Source: an uncultured Steroidobacteraceae bacterium (GTDB lineage Bacteria > Pseudomonadota > Gammaproteobacteria > Steroidobacterales > Steroidobacteraceae). From it: DNA of 64,000 bases. Both the position numbers and the translations under genes were made by a program. Each line of letters opens with the position of its first letter. Position 1 is the stretch's first letter. Below the pieces are notes generated by a model, which was given only the letters and a program-made list of their open reading frames with translations, was not told the DNA's origin and made no database searches. Location of the stretch: positions 107,293 to 171,292 of the forward strand of contig CAYORU010000003.1 in the NCBI GenBank assembly GCA_964406445.1, read 5' to 3'. Below are positions 17,291 to 26,912 of the stretch, in pieces.

Positions 17291-17742
17291 GTACGCTCCG
17301 TCGTGGAATCGTCGTCGTCGAGCGCGGAAGGGTTCTCGCGCGCGATACGGGCCCGCCTTGCGATCACCGCACCCGCGCCGGCCAGCCCGCCGACCAGCAG
17401 CAGCACCGGCGCCGCCCAGAGCAGGTAGGTTCGCGGCGTCACCGGCGGCTTGTAGAGCACGAAGTCGGTGTAGCGCGCAGTCAGGAAATCCCGGATCTCC
17501 TGGTCGGTCTTGCCTTCCGCCATCAGCCTGCGCACCTCGCGCCGCAGGTCCTGCGCGAGCGTGGCGTTCGAATCAGCGATGGTCTGGTTCTGGCAGACCG
17601 TGCAGCGCAACTCCCGGGTCAGCGCCTCGTAGCGGGCCTGCATCGCCGGATCGGAGAAGGCGGGCGCGGCATCGATCGCGAGCGCCGGGGCCGGCGCGAC
17701 GGCGATCAGCATCCAGAGTGCCAGGGCGAACCATCGGCTCAC
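17287..17742 (-). CDS. ccmH: Cytochrome c-type biogenesis protein CcmH
   Basis: LRCTVCQNQTIADSNA motif. GTG start with a GGAGG SD, forming a GTGA overlap with the ccmG stop. Confidence 0.85.
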   Translation of the reverse strand: MSRWFALALWMLIAVAPAPALAIDAAPAFSDPAMQARYEALTRELRCTVCQNQTIADSNATLAQDLRREVRRLMAEGKTDQEIRDFLTARYTDFVLYKPPVTPRTYLLWAAPVLLLVGGLAGAGAVIARRARIARENPSALDDDDSTTERT

Positions 17743-18281
17743 GACGCACCTCCCGCGTTGCGGCCGATCACGGGGAGGAAGTCGCGCTCCCAGGCCTCGG
17801 GCGTCATCGGACCAATCCGCTTGACGAGGACAGTGCCGTCCGCGCCGACCAGGAAGGTCTCGGGCGCCCCATAGACGCCCCAGTCGATCGCGACGAGCCC
17901 CTCGGGGTCGAACGCGACCGCCGCGTAGGGATCGCCGAGCTGGGTGAGCCAGCGCTGCGCCTGGACCCGATCGTCCTTCCAGTTGAGACCGAGGATCGGG
18001 ACCGCGCTGGTGCGCGCGATCTGCAGGAGCATCTCGTGTTCCTCGCGGCACCCGCCGCACCAGGTGCCCCAGACGTTCAGCAGGTACATCTGCCCGGAGA
18101 AGCTGCCGCTGCCGACCCGCCGGGCCGGATCCTTGAGGTCCTCGAGTTCGAAGGCCGGCGCGGGCTTGCCTATCAGCGGCGACGGGATCTCCGAGGGATC
18201 GCGCTGCAGGCCGACCACGAAAAAGCCGACCAGCACCGCGAACAGCAGCCCGGGCAGGAGGAACTTGAGCGTCCGCATCAT
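17739..18281 (-). CDS. ccmG: Thiol:disulfide oxidoreductase DsbE/CcmG
   Basis: Thioredoxin motif in NVWGTWCGGCREEH, plus an N-terminal TM anchor. Confidence 0.9.
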   Translation of the reverse strand: MMRTLKFLLPGLLFAVLVGFFVVGLQRDPSEIPSPLIGKPAPAFELEDLKDPARRVGSGSFSGQMYLLNVWGTWCGGCREEHEMLLQIARTSAVPILGLNWKDDRVQAQRWLTQLGDPYAAVAFDPEGLVAIDWGVYGAPETFLVGADGTVLVKRIGPMTPEAWERDFLPVIGRNAGGAS

Positions 18282-20236
18282 CCCCTCGCCTCGCCGGCGC
18301 CGGCAGGCACCGTGGCTTCGGCCGGCGCGCGGACCCGGTACCTGCGGTCCGAGGCGGCGACGAGGCCTCCGAGCGCCATCAGCAGCGCGCCGAGCCAGAC
18401 GTAGCGCAACAGCGGCTTGTACTGCACGCGCATGCTCCAGCGTCCCTCGCCGAGGTCCTCGCCGAGCGCCACGAACAGGTCGCGCGCGAAACTGACGTGG
18501 ATGCCGGCCTCGGTCATAGGGTTGCCGCCCGAGGCGTAGAAGCGCTTCTGCGGCTTCAGCGTGGTGAAGACCACGCCGTCACCGCGGCTGATCTCGATCG
18601 CGGCCTCGATCGCCTCGTAGTTCGGACCGCGCACGTTGCGGGTCCCCTCGAAGCGGAACTGGTAGCCCTGCATCGTCACCGTCTCACCGACGCCCATGCT
18701 GATGTCGCGCTCGATCCGGTAGGACTCGACGCCCGTGACGCCGAGCGTGAACAGGCCCACGCCGAAATGGGCGATCACCATTCCCCAGAAACCGGCGGGT
18801 GCGCCGCGCAGGTTGCCGCGCCGCTGGATCGGCTCGACGAGCGCCGACGCCATCAGCCAGAACGCGACCGTGAAGCCGACCAGGCCCATCCAGTGGAACT
18901 CGCCGTAGTTGAAGACCATCAGCGCGGTGGCCGCGGCCGCCGACGCCACGAGCAGCGCGATGAGCTTGTTGCGCACCGGCCCGAGGCGACTGCGCCTCCA
19001 CACGGAGTGCATGCCGATCGACATCAGCAGCACCAGCGGGATCATCGGGATCATGAAGGCGACGCCGAAGTACGGCGGGCCGACCGAGATCTTGCCGAGC
19101 GCCAGCGCATCGATGAACAGCGGGTACAGCGTACCCAGGAGGATCAGCAGGGTCGCCGCGACCAGCAATGCGTTGTTAAAAAGCAGGAATGCTTCGCGCG
19201 AGGCGAGCTCGAAGCCGGACTCCGACTTCATGAGCGGCGCCCGCCAGCTGTAGAGCGCGAGCGCGCCGCCGATCACCGCGACCAGGAACGCGAGGATGAA
19301 CAGGCCGCGCGACGGGTCGGTGGCGAAGGCGTGCACGGACACCAGGACGCCGGAACGGACGAGGAAGGTGCCGAGCAGCGAGAGCGAGAACGCCGAGATC
19401 GCGAGCAGCAGCGTCCAGCTCTTGAACAGACCGCGCTTCTCGGTGACGGCCAGCGAGTGGATGAGCGCCGTGCCCACCAGCCAGGGCATGAAGGAGGCGT
19501 TCTCGACCGGGTCCCAGAACCAGTAGCCGCCCCAGCCGAGCTCGTAGTAGGCCCACCAGCTGCCGAGCGTGATGCCGATGCCGAGGAACAGCCAGGCCAC
19601 CAGCGTCCAGGGCCGCGCCCACTTCGCCCACAACGTGTCGGTACGGCCCTCGATCAGCGTCGCGCAGGCGAACGCGAAGGCCACCGCGAAGCCGACGTAG
19701 CCGACGTAGAGCATCGGCGGATGAATCGCGAGGGCCGGGTCCTGGAGCAGCGGATTGAGATCGTTTCCCTCGACGGCGGCCGGCACCAGCCGGTCGAACG
19801 GGTTCGAGGTGAACAGCATGAACGTGATGAAGCCGACCGAGACCAGGCCGAGCACGCCCACCACGCGGCTCTTGAACGGCAGCGGCATGCTGCGGCTGAG
19901 GCCCGAGACCGCGATCGACCAAGTTGCGAGCACGAGCGCCCAGAACAGCAGCGAACCCTCGTGACCGCCCCAGGAGGCGGCCACCCGGTAGAAGGTCGGC
20001 AGCAGCGAGTTCGACGTCATGGCGACGTAGCGCACCGAGAAGTCGAACTGCAGGAAGGCGTAAACGAGGCAGCCGAAGGACAGCGCGAGCAGCACCCACT
20101 GCCCGGCCACCGCGCGCTGCGCGGTCTGCATCCAGGCGACGTTACCGCCGCGCGCGCCGAAGAGCCCGAAGAAGCCCTGCGCGAAGGCCAGCAGCAGTGC
20201 GAGGATCAGCGCGAAATGGCCGAGCTCCGGTATCAC
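18278..20236 (-). CDS. ccmF: Heme lyase CcmF
   Basis: 652 aa polytopic protein with the [19 protein letters not shown] tryptophan-rich motif. Confidence 0.95.
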   Translation of the reverse strand: MIPELGHFALILALLLAFAQGFFGLFGARGGNVAWMQTAQRAVAGQWVLLALSFGCLVYAFLQFDFSVRYVAMTSNSLLPTFYRVAASWGGHEGSLLFWALVLATWSIAVSGLSRSMPLPFKSRVVGVLGLVSVGFITFMLFTSNPFDRLVPAAVEGNDLNPLLQDPALAIHPPMLYVGYVGFAVAFAFACATLIEGRTDTLWAKWARPWTLVAWLFLGIGITLGSWWAYYELGWGGYWFWDPVENASFMPWLVGTALIHSLAVTEKRGLFKSWTLLLAISAFSLSLLGTFLVRSGVLVSVHAFATDPSRGLFILAFLVAVIGGALALYSWRAPLMKSESGFELASREAFLLFNNALLVAATLLILLGTLYPLFIDALALGKISVGPPYFGVAFMIPMIPLVLLMSIGMHSVWRRSRLGPVRNKLIALLVASAAAATALMVFNYGEFHWMGLVGFTVAFWLMASALVEPIQRRGNLRGAPAGFWGMVIAHFGVGLFTLGVTGVESYRIERDISMGVGETVTMQGYQFRFEGTRNVRGPNYEAIEAAIEISRGDGVVFTTLKPQKRFYASGGNPMTEAGIHVSFARDLFVALGEDLGEGRWSMRVQYKPLLRYVWLGALLMALGGLVAASDRRYRVRAPAEATVPAGAGEARG

Positions 20237-20676
20237 GACGCGCCCCCGGCCGCGGGCGGCGGCTGATGCAGGCTCTCCGCGACCTCAGGGGGCATGTAGT
20301 TCTCGTCGTGCTTCGCGAGCACTTCCTCGGCGACGAAGGTGCCGTCCTCCTTGAGCTGCCCGCGGGCGATCACTCCCTGCCCCTCGCGGAAAAGGTCGGG
20401 CAGCAGGCCGCTGTAGCTCACCGGGATCGTCTGGGCATGGTCGGTGACCAGGAAGCGCACCTCCATGCTGCCCGGGGTGCGCTGCACGCTACCGTCGGTG
20501 ACCAGACCGCCGAGGCGGAACGACCGGGCGAGCGGCGCCTCCCCGCCCATCACCTGCGACGGACTGTAGAAGTACAGCAGGTTCTCGTTCAGCGCCTGCA
20601 GGGCGACCGCGGTGGCCGCGCCGACGCCGAGGACGATGGCCGCGACGGCCAGCATGCGCTTGCGACGGGGTGTCAT
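20233..20676 (-). CDS. ccmE: Heme chaperone CcmE
   Basis: [11 protein letters not shown] and [13 protein letters not shown] (heme-binding His region). Start at aa 41 of the track ORF. Confidence 0.9.
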   Translation of the reverse strand: MTPRRKRMLAVAAIVLGVGAATAVALQALNENLLYFYSPSQVMGGEAPLARSFRLGGLVTDGSVQRTPGSMEVRFLVTDHAQTIPVSYSGLLPDLFREGQGVIARGQLKEDGTFVAEEVLAKHDENYMPPEVAESLHQPPPAAGGAS

Positions 20677-20843
20677 GAGCGATTCTCCTCCATCTGGATC
20701 CGGCGCGCGGCGGCGCTGCGCGCCTCCGCCAGCGAGCGGCGCGCGCTCCAGACGTTGTAGACGAGCACGAACAGGGTCAGACCGAAGGCGGGCCACAGGT
20801 AGCTGCCGTAGCCGCCCATGTGCAGGAAATCGGAGACAGTCAT
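20673..20843 (-). CDS. ccmD: Heme exporter protein CcmD
   Basis: 56 aa: [32 protein letters not shown]... (MGGY motif plus one TM). ATGA overlaps on both sides. Confidence 0.8.
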   Translation of the reverse strand: MTVSDFLHMGGYGSYLWPAFGLTLFVLVYNVWSARRSLAEARSAAARRIQMEENRS

Positions 20844-21580
20844 CGCGCGAGCTCCTCCCTCAGCCAGGCCGCGTTGCGCTCGCGGCGGATCACCTCGGCC
20901 CGCAGCCTGATCATGAGGACGGCGCCGAAGTAGAGCATGAAGCCGACGATCATCGTCAACAGCGGCCAGAGCATGTCCATGGTGATCGAAGGCTTGCCGA
21001 TTTTCGTGATGGTCGCGCCCTGATGCAGCGTGTTCCACCAGTACACCGAGTAATGGATGATCGGCAGGTTGATGACGCCCACCACGGCGAGCACGGCCGA
21101 GGCCCGGTCGGCCCGCTGCGGGTCCTCGATCGAGGAGCGCAGGGCCATGAAGCCGAGGTAGAGGAACAGCAGGATCAGCTCCGAGGTCAGGCGCGCGTCC
21201 CACACCCACCAAGTGCCCCACATCGGCTTGCCCCACAGCGAGCCGGTGGCCAGCGCCGCGAAGGTGAACCACGCACCGACCGGCGCGGCGGCCGCCGCCA
21301 CCGCGTGCGCGAGCTTCATGCGCCAGATCAGCGCGATGGCCGAGGCGATCGCCATGGTCGCGTAGATGAACATGGACATCCACGCGCTCGGCGCGTGCAC
21401 GTAGACCATGCGGAACCCGTCGCCCTGCTGGTAATCGGGCGGCGCCAGCACCAGCCCGCCGTAGAGCGCCGTGACGATCAGGATCGCCGCCGGCCAGGCG
21501 AACCAGGGCAGCAGCAGGCCGGCGATGCGGTAGAAGTGCGGCGGCGAAGCCAGCTTGTGGAACCAGGTCCAGGTGGCCAT
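20840..21580 (-). CDS. ccmC: Heme exporter protein CcmC
   Basis: [16 protein letters not shown] tryptophan-rich motif. 246 aa, about 6 TM. Confidence 0.95.
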   Translation of the reverse strand: MATWTWFHKLASPPHFYRIAGLLLPWFAWPAAILIVTALYGGLVLAPPDYQQGDGFRMVYVHAPSAWMSMFIYATMAIASAIALIWRMKLAHAVAAAAAPVGAWFTFAALATGSLWGKPMWGTWWVWDARLTSELILLFLYLGFMALRSSIEDPQRADRASAVLAVVGVINLPIIHYSVYWWNTLHQGATITKIGKPSITMDMLWPLLTMIVGFMLYFGAVLMIRLRAEVIRRERNAAWLREELAR

Positions 21581-21587
21581 CAGGTCA

Positions 21588-22271
21588 TCACTCCATGCTC
21601 ACCTTGAGCGCTGCCGCGGTCGCGAAGGGCCCGAGCGTGACGCTCAGGATGCACATCGAGGCGAGCAGCAGCAGCGGCCCCCGCGTCTCCTCGCCCATCA
21701 CCGCCATGTCCACCGCGCGGGCGCCGAAGATCAGCGCCGGCATCGCGAGCGGAAGCACCAGCAGCGACAGCAGCACGCTGCCGCGGCGGATGCCCAGCGT
21801 CAGGCCGGCGCCGACAGCCCCCAGGAAGCTCAGGATCGCGGTGCCCAGGACCAGCGAGGCCACCACCGTGCCGAGGGCCGCGGTGGGCACCGCGAGCGAC
21901 AGCGCGACGACAGGGGCGGCGAGAACGAGCGGCAGGCCGCTGACGGTCCAGTGCGCGAAGGCCTTGACGAGCGCGAGCCACCACAATGGCTGTCCAGACA
22001 GCACCAGCTGTTCCAGAGTTCCGTCCTCGAAGTCGGACCGGAACATGAATTCGAGGGCGAGAAGTGCGGATAGCAATGCGGCCACCCACAGCACGCCGGG
22101 CGCCACCTGCCGCAGCTGGCTGGTCTCGGGGCTCAACGCCAGCGGGAAAAGGGTCGTCACCATCAGGAAGAAGACGACCGGTTGGGTGATCTGCTCCCAG
22201 CGCCTGAACGCGAGCTTCAGGTCGCGGGCGTAGAGCAGCCTGCCGGCGGCGAGGAGGCCGGTCGCCTGCAT
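21588..22271 (-). CDS. ccmB: Heme exporter permease CcmB
   Basis: About 227 aa polytopic protein between ccmA and ccmC. Family-typical N-terminus LAFRRWEQITQPVVFFLMV. The start is ATG 22271 or TTG 22274. Confidence 0.9.
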   Translation of the reverse strand: MQATGLLAAGRLLYARDLKLAFRRWEQITQPVVFFLMVTTLFPLALSPETSQLRQVAPGVLWVAALLSALLALEFMFRSDFEDGTLEQLVLSGQPLWWLALVKAFAHWTVSGLPLVLAAPVVALSLAVPTAALGTVVASLVLGTAILSFLGAVGAGLTLGIRRGSVLLSLLVLPLAMPALIFGARAVDMAVMGEETRGPLLLLASMCILSVTLGPFATAAALKVSME

Positions 22272-22903
22272 CAATTGAGCTCCTCGACGCGCGGCGCATG
22301 GCCGGGGATCTCGAGCCCCTGGTGGGCGGCGAGGGCCGCGCTGCCGCCGCCGCGCACGTGTTCGCCGATCATGGCAGAGAAGAGCCGCACGCCGCCGACG
22401 TCGAGATTGGTGAATGGCTCGTCCAGGACCCAGACCCGGGCGCCGAGCAGCAGGATCCGCGACATGGCGAGCCGGCGGCGCTGCCCGGCCGAGAGCACGC
22501 GGGCAGGCAGGTCGCGGCAGCGCAGGATCCCGAGCCTGTCGAGGGTCGACTCCACCTCCGCGGCCGGCAGCACGCGGCGGATGCCGACGCTGTAGTGCAG
22601 GTTCTCGAAGGCCGTCAGGTCGCCCTTCAGGGCGTTCTCGTGCCCGAGGTAGGCGAGCTCGGCGTCGTATTCGTCCCGGACCCGGCGGATCGGCTGCCCC
22701 TTCCAGCCCACGGTGCCCTCCTCGGCCGGCAGCAGCCCGGCCAGGACGCGCAGCAGCGTGGTCTTGCCGGTGCCGTTCGGGCCGGCGACGTGAACGACCT
22801 CACCCGGCAGGATGTCCAGGCCGACGCCGCGCAGCACGTGCCGGTCGCCTCGCCAGACGTGGATCCCGCGGGCCGAAAGTCCCTGTGGATGAAGCGCTTC
22901 CAC
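22271..22903 (-). CDS. ccmA: Cytochrome c biogenesis ATP-binding export protein CcmA
   Basis: Walker A GPNGTGKTT, signature LSAGQRRRLAM, Walker B VWVLDEP. GTG start with GGAGG upstream. The track ORF's N-terminal extension runs through a tRNA and is spurious. Confidence 0.9.
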   Translation of the reverse strand: MEALHPQGLSARGIHVWRGDRHVLRGVGLDILPGEVVHVAGPNGTGKTTLLRVLAGLLPAEEGTVGWKGQPIRRVRDEYDAELAYLGHENALKGDLTAFENLHYSVGIRRVLPAAEVESTLDRLGILRCRDLPARVLSAGQRRRLAMSRILLLGARVWVLDEPFTNLDVGGVRLFSAMIGEHVRGGGSAALAAHQGLEIPGHAPRVEELN

Positions 22904-22934
22904 TCGTGTCGCCGCCTCCGGACAAGACGCGGCG

Positions 22935-22943
22935 ACTATAGCA
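22935..22943 (-). promoter_or_regulatory. Candidate extended -10 promoter TGcTATAGT for the ccm operon
   Basis: The minus strand reads cTGCTATAGTcgcc about 32 nt upstream of the ccmA GTG. No good -35 is present. Confidence 0.3.
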
Positions 22944-23044
22944 GACTGACGAACTGCACTTCGTAGGTGACATGCCGCCGGGAGCTCGTGGATTTCCGCA
23001 GCTTGCGAAGCGGCCTGCCGGACCGCTGCATCAGCCAGCCAGCG

Positions 23045-23131
23045 TGGTGCCCCGGGCAGGAATCGAACCTGCATGGCCTTGCGGCCAGCGGATTTTAAGT
23101 CCGCTGCGTCTACCAGTTTCGCCACCGGGGC
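23045..23131 (-). tRNA. tRNA-Leu (anticodon UAA), CCA encoded
   Basis: The minus strand reads GCCCCGGTGGCGAAACTGGTAGACGCAGCGGACTTAAAATCCGCTGGCCGCAAGGCCATGCAGGTTCGATTCCTGCCCGGGGCACCA. It has a long variable arm, anticodon loop CT-TAA-AA, and T-loop GGTTCGATTCC. Confidence 0.95.
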
Positions 23132-23172
23132 GGGGGCCGGGCCGGGCTCGCCGGCCGCGTTAGATTAGCGGC

Positions 23173-23802
23173 TCAGGCGGCAAAGCGCAGGAGCAGCAGG
23201 TGCGTCGGAACGAACAGCACGAGCGCGAAGCCGGCCCATAGCGCCGCCAGGTAAGGCCCGGCCCGCCACCGGGCGGGCCGCGCGCCGAGGCCGTGACTCC
23301 AGTTGATGTTCGCCTGCGCCGAGCCGGCGATGCGCGAGAGTGGCAGGACCACGGCGGCGAGCAGCAACGCGCCCGGCAGCCCGCGGGGGTCGTAGCCGTA
23401 GGCCGCCACCATCCACAGCAGCACGATGGGCAGCGGGACGTGGAACAGCGAGAGGATCCTGAGCCTGCGCAGCCGTTCGCGCTCGAACATGTATTCCGTG
23501 AGCCCCGTCACGCGCCGGCGCAGCGCGAGCCGCAGGGCGAAGTCCGCGTTCCACAGCAGCTCGGGCAGCAGGGTCGCCACCGCCAGCACGCTGGCGATGA
23601 GCGCGCTGTCGAGCCAGAGCGCGGGGACCGCGCCGAGCAGCGCGACGTCGGAGAACCAGAGCAGGTTGCGGGGGCCGTAATGCCGCAGCCAGACGACGAG
23701 GATCAGCCCCGTCGCCGCCGTATAGGCCAGCTTGAACCACAGCGGAATGGCCACCGCGAGGCGACCCGCGGGCCGGGCTCGGGCCGCGTCGCCGGCCCGC
23801 AA
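23173..23802 (-). CDS. Hypothetical polytopic membrane protein
   Basis: Five to six hydrophobic segments (LWFKLAYTAATGLILVVWL, LLWFSDVALLGAVPALWL, IASVLAVATLLPELLW, VPLPIVLLWMVAAYGY, ALLLAAVVLPLS, YLAALWAGFALVLFVP). The TTG start has no clear SD, so the start is uncertain. Confidence 0.5.
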   Translation of the reverse strand: MRAGDAARARPAGRLAVAIPLWFKLAYTAATGLILVVWLRHYGPRNLLWFSDVALLGAVPALWLDSALIASVLAVATLLPELLWNADFALRLALRRRVTGLTEYMFERERLRRLRILSLFHVPLPIVLLWMVAAYGYDPRGLPGALLLAAVVLPLSRIAGSAQANINWSHGLGARPARWRAGPYLAALWAGFALVLFVPTHLLLLRFAA

Positions 23803-23829
23803 GTCACGGGCCGGGACGCATCTGCGGGA

Positions 23830-24102
23830 TCAGCCGCCGGAAGCCCAGTAGGCCGCGATGTCGGCGGCATCCGCCGCCACGCTCGCATCGACCTTCGACT
23901 TGTGCTTCAGCTTGCCCGTGGCGACGTCCTTGATCGCCTGCGTGAGGGCGGCGACGTCCTCGCCGGCGAAGTCGGCAGCCTCGTGGCAGTCGGCACAGGC
24001 CTCGGCCTTGGCCTTGCCGGCCTTGGCATCCCCTGCGAGCGCCGGACCGGCCAGCACCAGGGTGCCGGCGGCGAGCAATGCGACGAGCACTTTACGGGTC
24101 AT
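23830..24102 (-). CDS. Small periplasmic mono-heme c-type cytochrome (CxxCH; no Met in the mature chain)
   Basis: AGGAGG SD. Signal peptide MTRKVLVALLAAGTLVLAGPALAG. Heme site ACADCHE. The remaining 50 residues contain no Met and a single His (KLKHKS). Confidence 0.7.
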   Translation of the reverse strand: MTRKVLVALLAAGTLVLAGPALAGDAKAGKAKAEACADCHEAADFAGEDVAALTQAIKDVATGKLKHKSKVDASVAADAADIAAYWASGG

Positions 24103-24256
24103 TTCAATCGCCTCCTGCGTCCATTCATCGACCGAGGCCCCTGCTCGGAGCCTGCGCAGACGATAGCACGCAGAGGCTGAACGCCGGCCCAACGGCATGT
24201 CCTGCCCCGGACCCGTACTTGTACGGATGGAGGCTCGCACCGGTCGGCGGGAGCGA

Positions 24257-24330
24257 TGGAGGCTAGGGTCGGAATCGAACCGGCGTACGCGGCTTTGCAG
24301 GCCGCTGCATGACCACTCTGCCACCTAGCC
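24257..24330 (-). tRNA. tRNA-Cys (anticodon GCA), CCA encoded
   Basis: The minus strand reads GGCTAGGTGGCAGAGTGGTCATGCAGCGGCCTGCAAAGCCGCGTACGCCGGTTCGATTCCGACCCTAGCCTCCA, with anticodon loop CT-GCA-AA. Confidence 0.95.
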
Positions 24331-24384
24331 GCGGCGGCCCCCTGAGACGCGAAACCCCGGGAGGGGCGCCCGGGGTGGGAAGAC

Positions 24385-24460
24385 TGGAGCGGGAAACGAG
24401 GCTCGAACTCGCGACCTCAACCTTGGCAAGGTTGCGCTCTACCAACTGAGCTATTCCCGC
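24385..24460 (-). tRNA. tRNA-Gly (anticodon GCC), CCA encoded
   Basis: The minus strand reads GCGGGAATAGCTCAGTTGGTAGAGCGCAACCTTGCCAAGGTTGAGGTCGCGAGTTCGAGCCTCGTTTCCCGCTCCA, with anticodon loop CT-GCC-AA. Confidence 0.95.
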
Positions 24461-24497
24461 CCGGGAGCCGGAAATTGTAGGTGGCCGCGGGCCGGTG

Positions 24498-25070
24498 TCA
24501 AGTGTGGCGATGGGCCATCAGGTCCGGCCATGCCGCCCGCAGATACGTGGCCATCGACCACAGCGTCAGGACCGCCGCCACGGCCGTGAGCAGCAGGCCG
24601 AGGGCGTAGATCGGCAGGAACAGCAGGTCCTCGCGGAACAGCAGCATCGACAATCCGACGATCTGCAGGATCGTCTTGTACTTTCCGATCGCGGACACCG
24701 CCACCTTGCGGCGCGCGCCGATCTCCGCCATCCACTCGCGCAGCGCCGAGATCGCGATCTCACGCCCGATGATGACGATCGCCATGAGCGTCACGTACCA
24801 GGTCGGGTCGCGCGCCACGATGAGCACGAGCGCAGTGGCAACGATCAGCTTGTCGGCGACGGGGTCGAGGAAGGCGCCGAGCGGCGACACCTGGCCGAGG
24901 CGCCGAGCCAGGTAGCCGTCGAAGCTGTCGGTGATCCCGGCCAGTGCGAACAGCAGGCCGCAAGCCATGTCCGACCAGGGATACGGCAGGTAATAGAAGA
25001 CGACGATTCCCGGAATCAGCGCGATCCTGAGCAGCGTCAGCAGGTTCGGCAACGTGTACGGATGGGTCAT
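24498..25070 (-). CDS. pgsA: CDP-diacylglycerol--glycerol-3-phosphate 3-phosphatidyltransferase
   Basis: LPNLLTLLRIALIP...AGITDSFDGYLARRLGQVSPLGAFLDPVADKL (CDP-alcohol phosphatidyltransferase motif). 190 aa. ATGA overlap with the uvrC stop. Confidence 0.95.
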   Translation of the reverse strand: MTHPYTLPNLLTLLRIALIPGIVVFYYLPYPWSDMACGLLFALAGITDSFDGYLARRLGQVSPLGAFLDPVADKLIVATALVLIVARDPTWYVTLMAIVIIGREIAISALREWMAEIGARRKVAVSAIGKYKTILQIVGLSMLLFREDLLFLPIYALGLLLTAVAAVLTLWSMATYLRAAWPDLMAHRHT

Positions 25071-26887
25071 CGCGCGCCCGGGTGCAGATGCTCGTGGATG
25101 GCCTCGGCGAGGCCGCGGCTGACGCCCTTGACCGCGGCCAGGTCCTCGACTCCCGCGCGCAGCACGCCCTGCAGCCCGCCGAAGTGCTTGAGCAGCCCGC
25201 GCCGGCGCGTCGGGCCGAGCCCAGGCACCGCGTCGAGCACCGACGCCTGCCGGGACTTGCTGCGCGAGCGCCGGTGCCCGGCGATCGCGAAGCGGTGCGC
25301 CTCGTCGCGGATGCGCTGGATCAGGTGCAGCGCGCGCGAGTCGGGCGGAAGTATAGAAGGCGCCTCGGACCCCAACAAGAACAGCCGCTCCTGCCCCGCG
25401 CGGCGGTCCGAGCCCTTGGCGATGCCGACCACGGCCGCGGGCCCGACCCCCGCCGACTCGAGCGCACGCGCGGCGCTCGCAAGCTGCCCGGGCCCGCCGT
25501 CGATGAACAGCACGTCCGGCGCGGGGATCTCGCCCGCCTGCACCCGGCGGTAGCGGCGCTCGATGGCCTGGGTCATCGCGCCGTAGTCGTCGCCCGGAAC
25601 GACGCCGCTGATGTTGAAGCGCCGGTACTCGGCCTTCAGCGGCCCCTCTGGTCCGAACACCACGCAGGAGGCGACCGTGGCCTCGCCCTGCGTGTGGCTC
25701 ACGTCGAAGCACTCGAGCCGGATCGGCGTCCGTTCCAAGCCGAGCGCCTTGCGCAGGTCCTCGAACTGGTCGCGCAGGCTCGCCCGGGTCGCGATGCGCA
25801 TCCTGAGCGCGTTGTCGGCGTTCTGCAGCGCCATCTCGACCCAGCTCCGCTTGCGGCCCCGCTGCACGTCGCGGACGAGGACGCGACGCCCGGCGCGGCG
25901 CGACAGCGCCTCCGCGAGGGCCTCGGCGTCCGGCACCGGAAGCGACGTGAGGATCTCGCGCGGCGGCGTGCGATCGAGGTAGTGCTGGGCGACGAACGCG
26001 CCGAGCGCCTCGGCCGGCTCGTCGAGCGGCGCCCGCGGGAAGAAATGCGTGGTGCCGAGACTCTGTCCGCCGCGCACGAACATGAGCGCGACGCAGGTGT
26101 CCGGCCCGGCCGTGGCAATGGCCACCACGTCCGCCTCCCCCTCCGCCGCGCCCGCCACCGACTGCTGCGCCTGCAGTTGGGCCAGCGCGGCGAGCTGGTC
26201 GCGCAGCGCCGCGGCGCGCTCGAACCGAAGCTCCGCGGCGGCCGATTCCATCTCGGCGGACAGTCGCGCACTCACTTCCGTGCTCTTGCCCTCGAGGACC
26301 AGCCCGACCGCCTCGACGTCGCGGGCGTACTCGTCCCGGCCGATCACGCCGACGCAAGGCGCCGAGCAGCGGCCGATCTGGTGCTCGAGGCAGGGACGGC
26401 TGCGGTTGGCGAAGAAGCTGTCCTTGCAGCCGCGCAGCCGGAACAGCTTCTGCAGCTGGCGGGTCGTGGAGCGCACCGCGCGCGCGTCGGGAAACGGCCC
26501 GAACAGCCGCCCGCGCGGCTGGCGCGGGCCGCGGTAGACCGCGAGCCGCGGGTACTCGTGGTCGGAGAGCATGACGTAGGGGAAGCTCTTGTCGTCGCGC
26601 AGGATGACGTTGTAGCGCGGCCGGTGCGCCTTGATCAGGTTGTACTCGAGCAGCAGCGCCTCGACCTCGGACTTCGCGACCGTCACCTCGACGCCAGCGA
26701 CGTGGCGCATCAGCGCAGCGACCTTGGGGCTCAGCTGGTCCTCGCCGCGAAAATAGCTCGCGACCCGGGCGCGCAGGCTCTTCGCCTTGCCCACGTAGAG
26801 GATCTTGCCGCCGGCGTCGAGCATGCGATACACGCCGGGCGCGGGCGGCAGCGTGGCGACGAAGGCCTTGGGGTCGAACTCGGTCAA
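25067..26887 (-). CDS. uvrC: Excinuclease ABC subunit C
   Basis: GIY-YIG N-terminus LTEFDPKAFVATLPPAPGVYRMLDAGGKILYVGKAKSLRARVASYF aligns with the E. coli UvrC N-terminus. Only a TTG at 26887 is available as a start at the right place. C-terminal HhH (LDAVPGLGPTRRRGLLKHFG). Confidence 0.9.
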   Translation of the reverse strand: MTEFDPKAFVATLPPAPGVYRMLDAGGKILYVGKAKSLRARVASYFRGEDQLSPKVAALMRHVAGVEVTVAKSEVEALLLEYNLIKAHRPRYNVILRDDKSFPYVMLSDHEYPRLAVYRGPRQPRGRLFGPFPDARAVRSTTRQLQKLFRLRGCKDSFFANRSRPCLEHQIGRCSAPCVGVIGRDEYARDVEAVGLVLEGKSTEVSARLSAEMESAAAELRFERAAALRDQLAALAQLQAQQSVAGAAEGEADVVAIATAGPDTCVALMFVRGGQSLGTTHFFPRAPLDEPAEALGAFVAQHYLDRTPPREILTSLPVPDAEALAEALSRRAGRRVLVRDVQRGRKRSWVEMALQNADNALRMRIATRASLRDQFEDLRKALGLERTPIRLECFDVSHTQGEATVASCVVFGPEGPLKAEYRRFNISGVVPGDDYGAMTQAIERRYRRVQAGEIPAPDVLFIDGGPGQLASAARALESAGVGPAAVVGIAKGSDRRAGQERLFLLGSEAPSILPPDSRALHLIQRIRDEAHRFAIAGHRRSRSKSRQASVLDAVPGLGPTRRRGLLKHFGGLQGVLRAGVEDLAAVKGVSRGLAEAIHEHLHPGAR

Positions 26888-26912
26888 GGCGGCATCCGGG
26901 CGCGCCGACGGC

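Noticed and set aside
23132-24256. Classical tRNA-targeted genomic island or integrative element
   Set aside because: There is no integrase, no repeat of the tRNA-Cys 3' end near 23132-23175, and GC content similar to the surroundings. It was kept only as a small insertion or synteny break.
23045-24460. ORF segments translated across the three tRNA genes (N-terminus of 22271..23125, N-terminus of 23830..24324, and 24263..24445)
   Set aside because: The underlying DNA folds into canonical tRNA-Leu, tRNA-Cys and tRNA-Gly cloverleaves. The protein-coding starts were moved downstream (ccmA GTG 22903; cytochrome ATG 24102) or the ORF was discarded.
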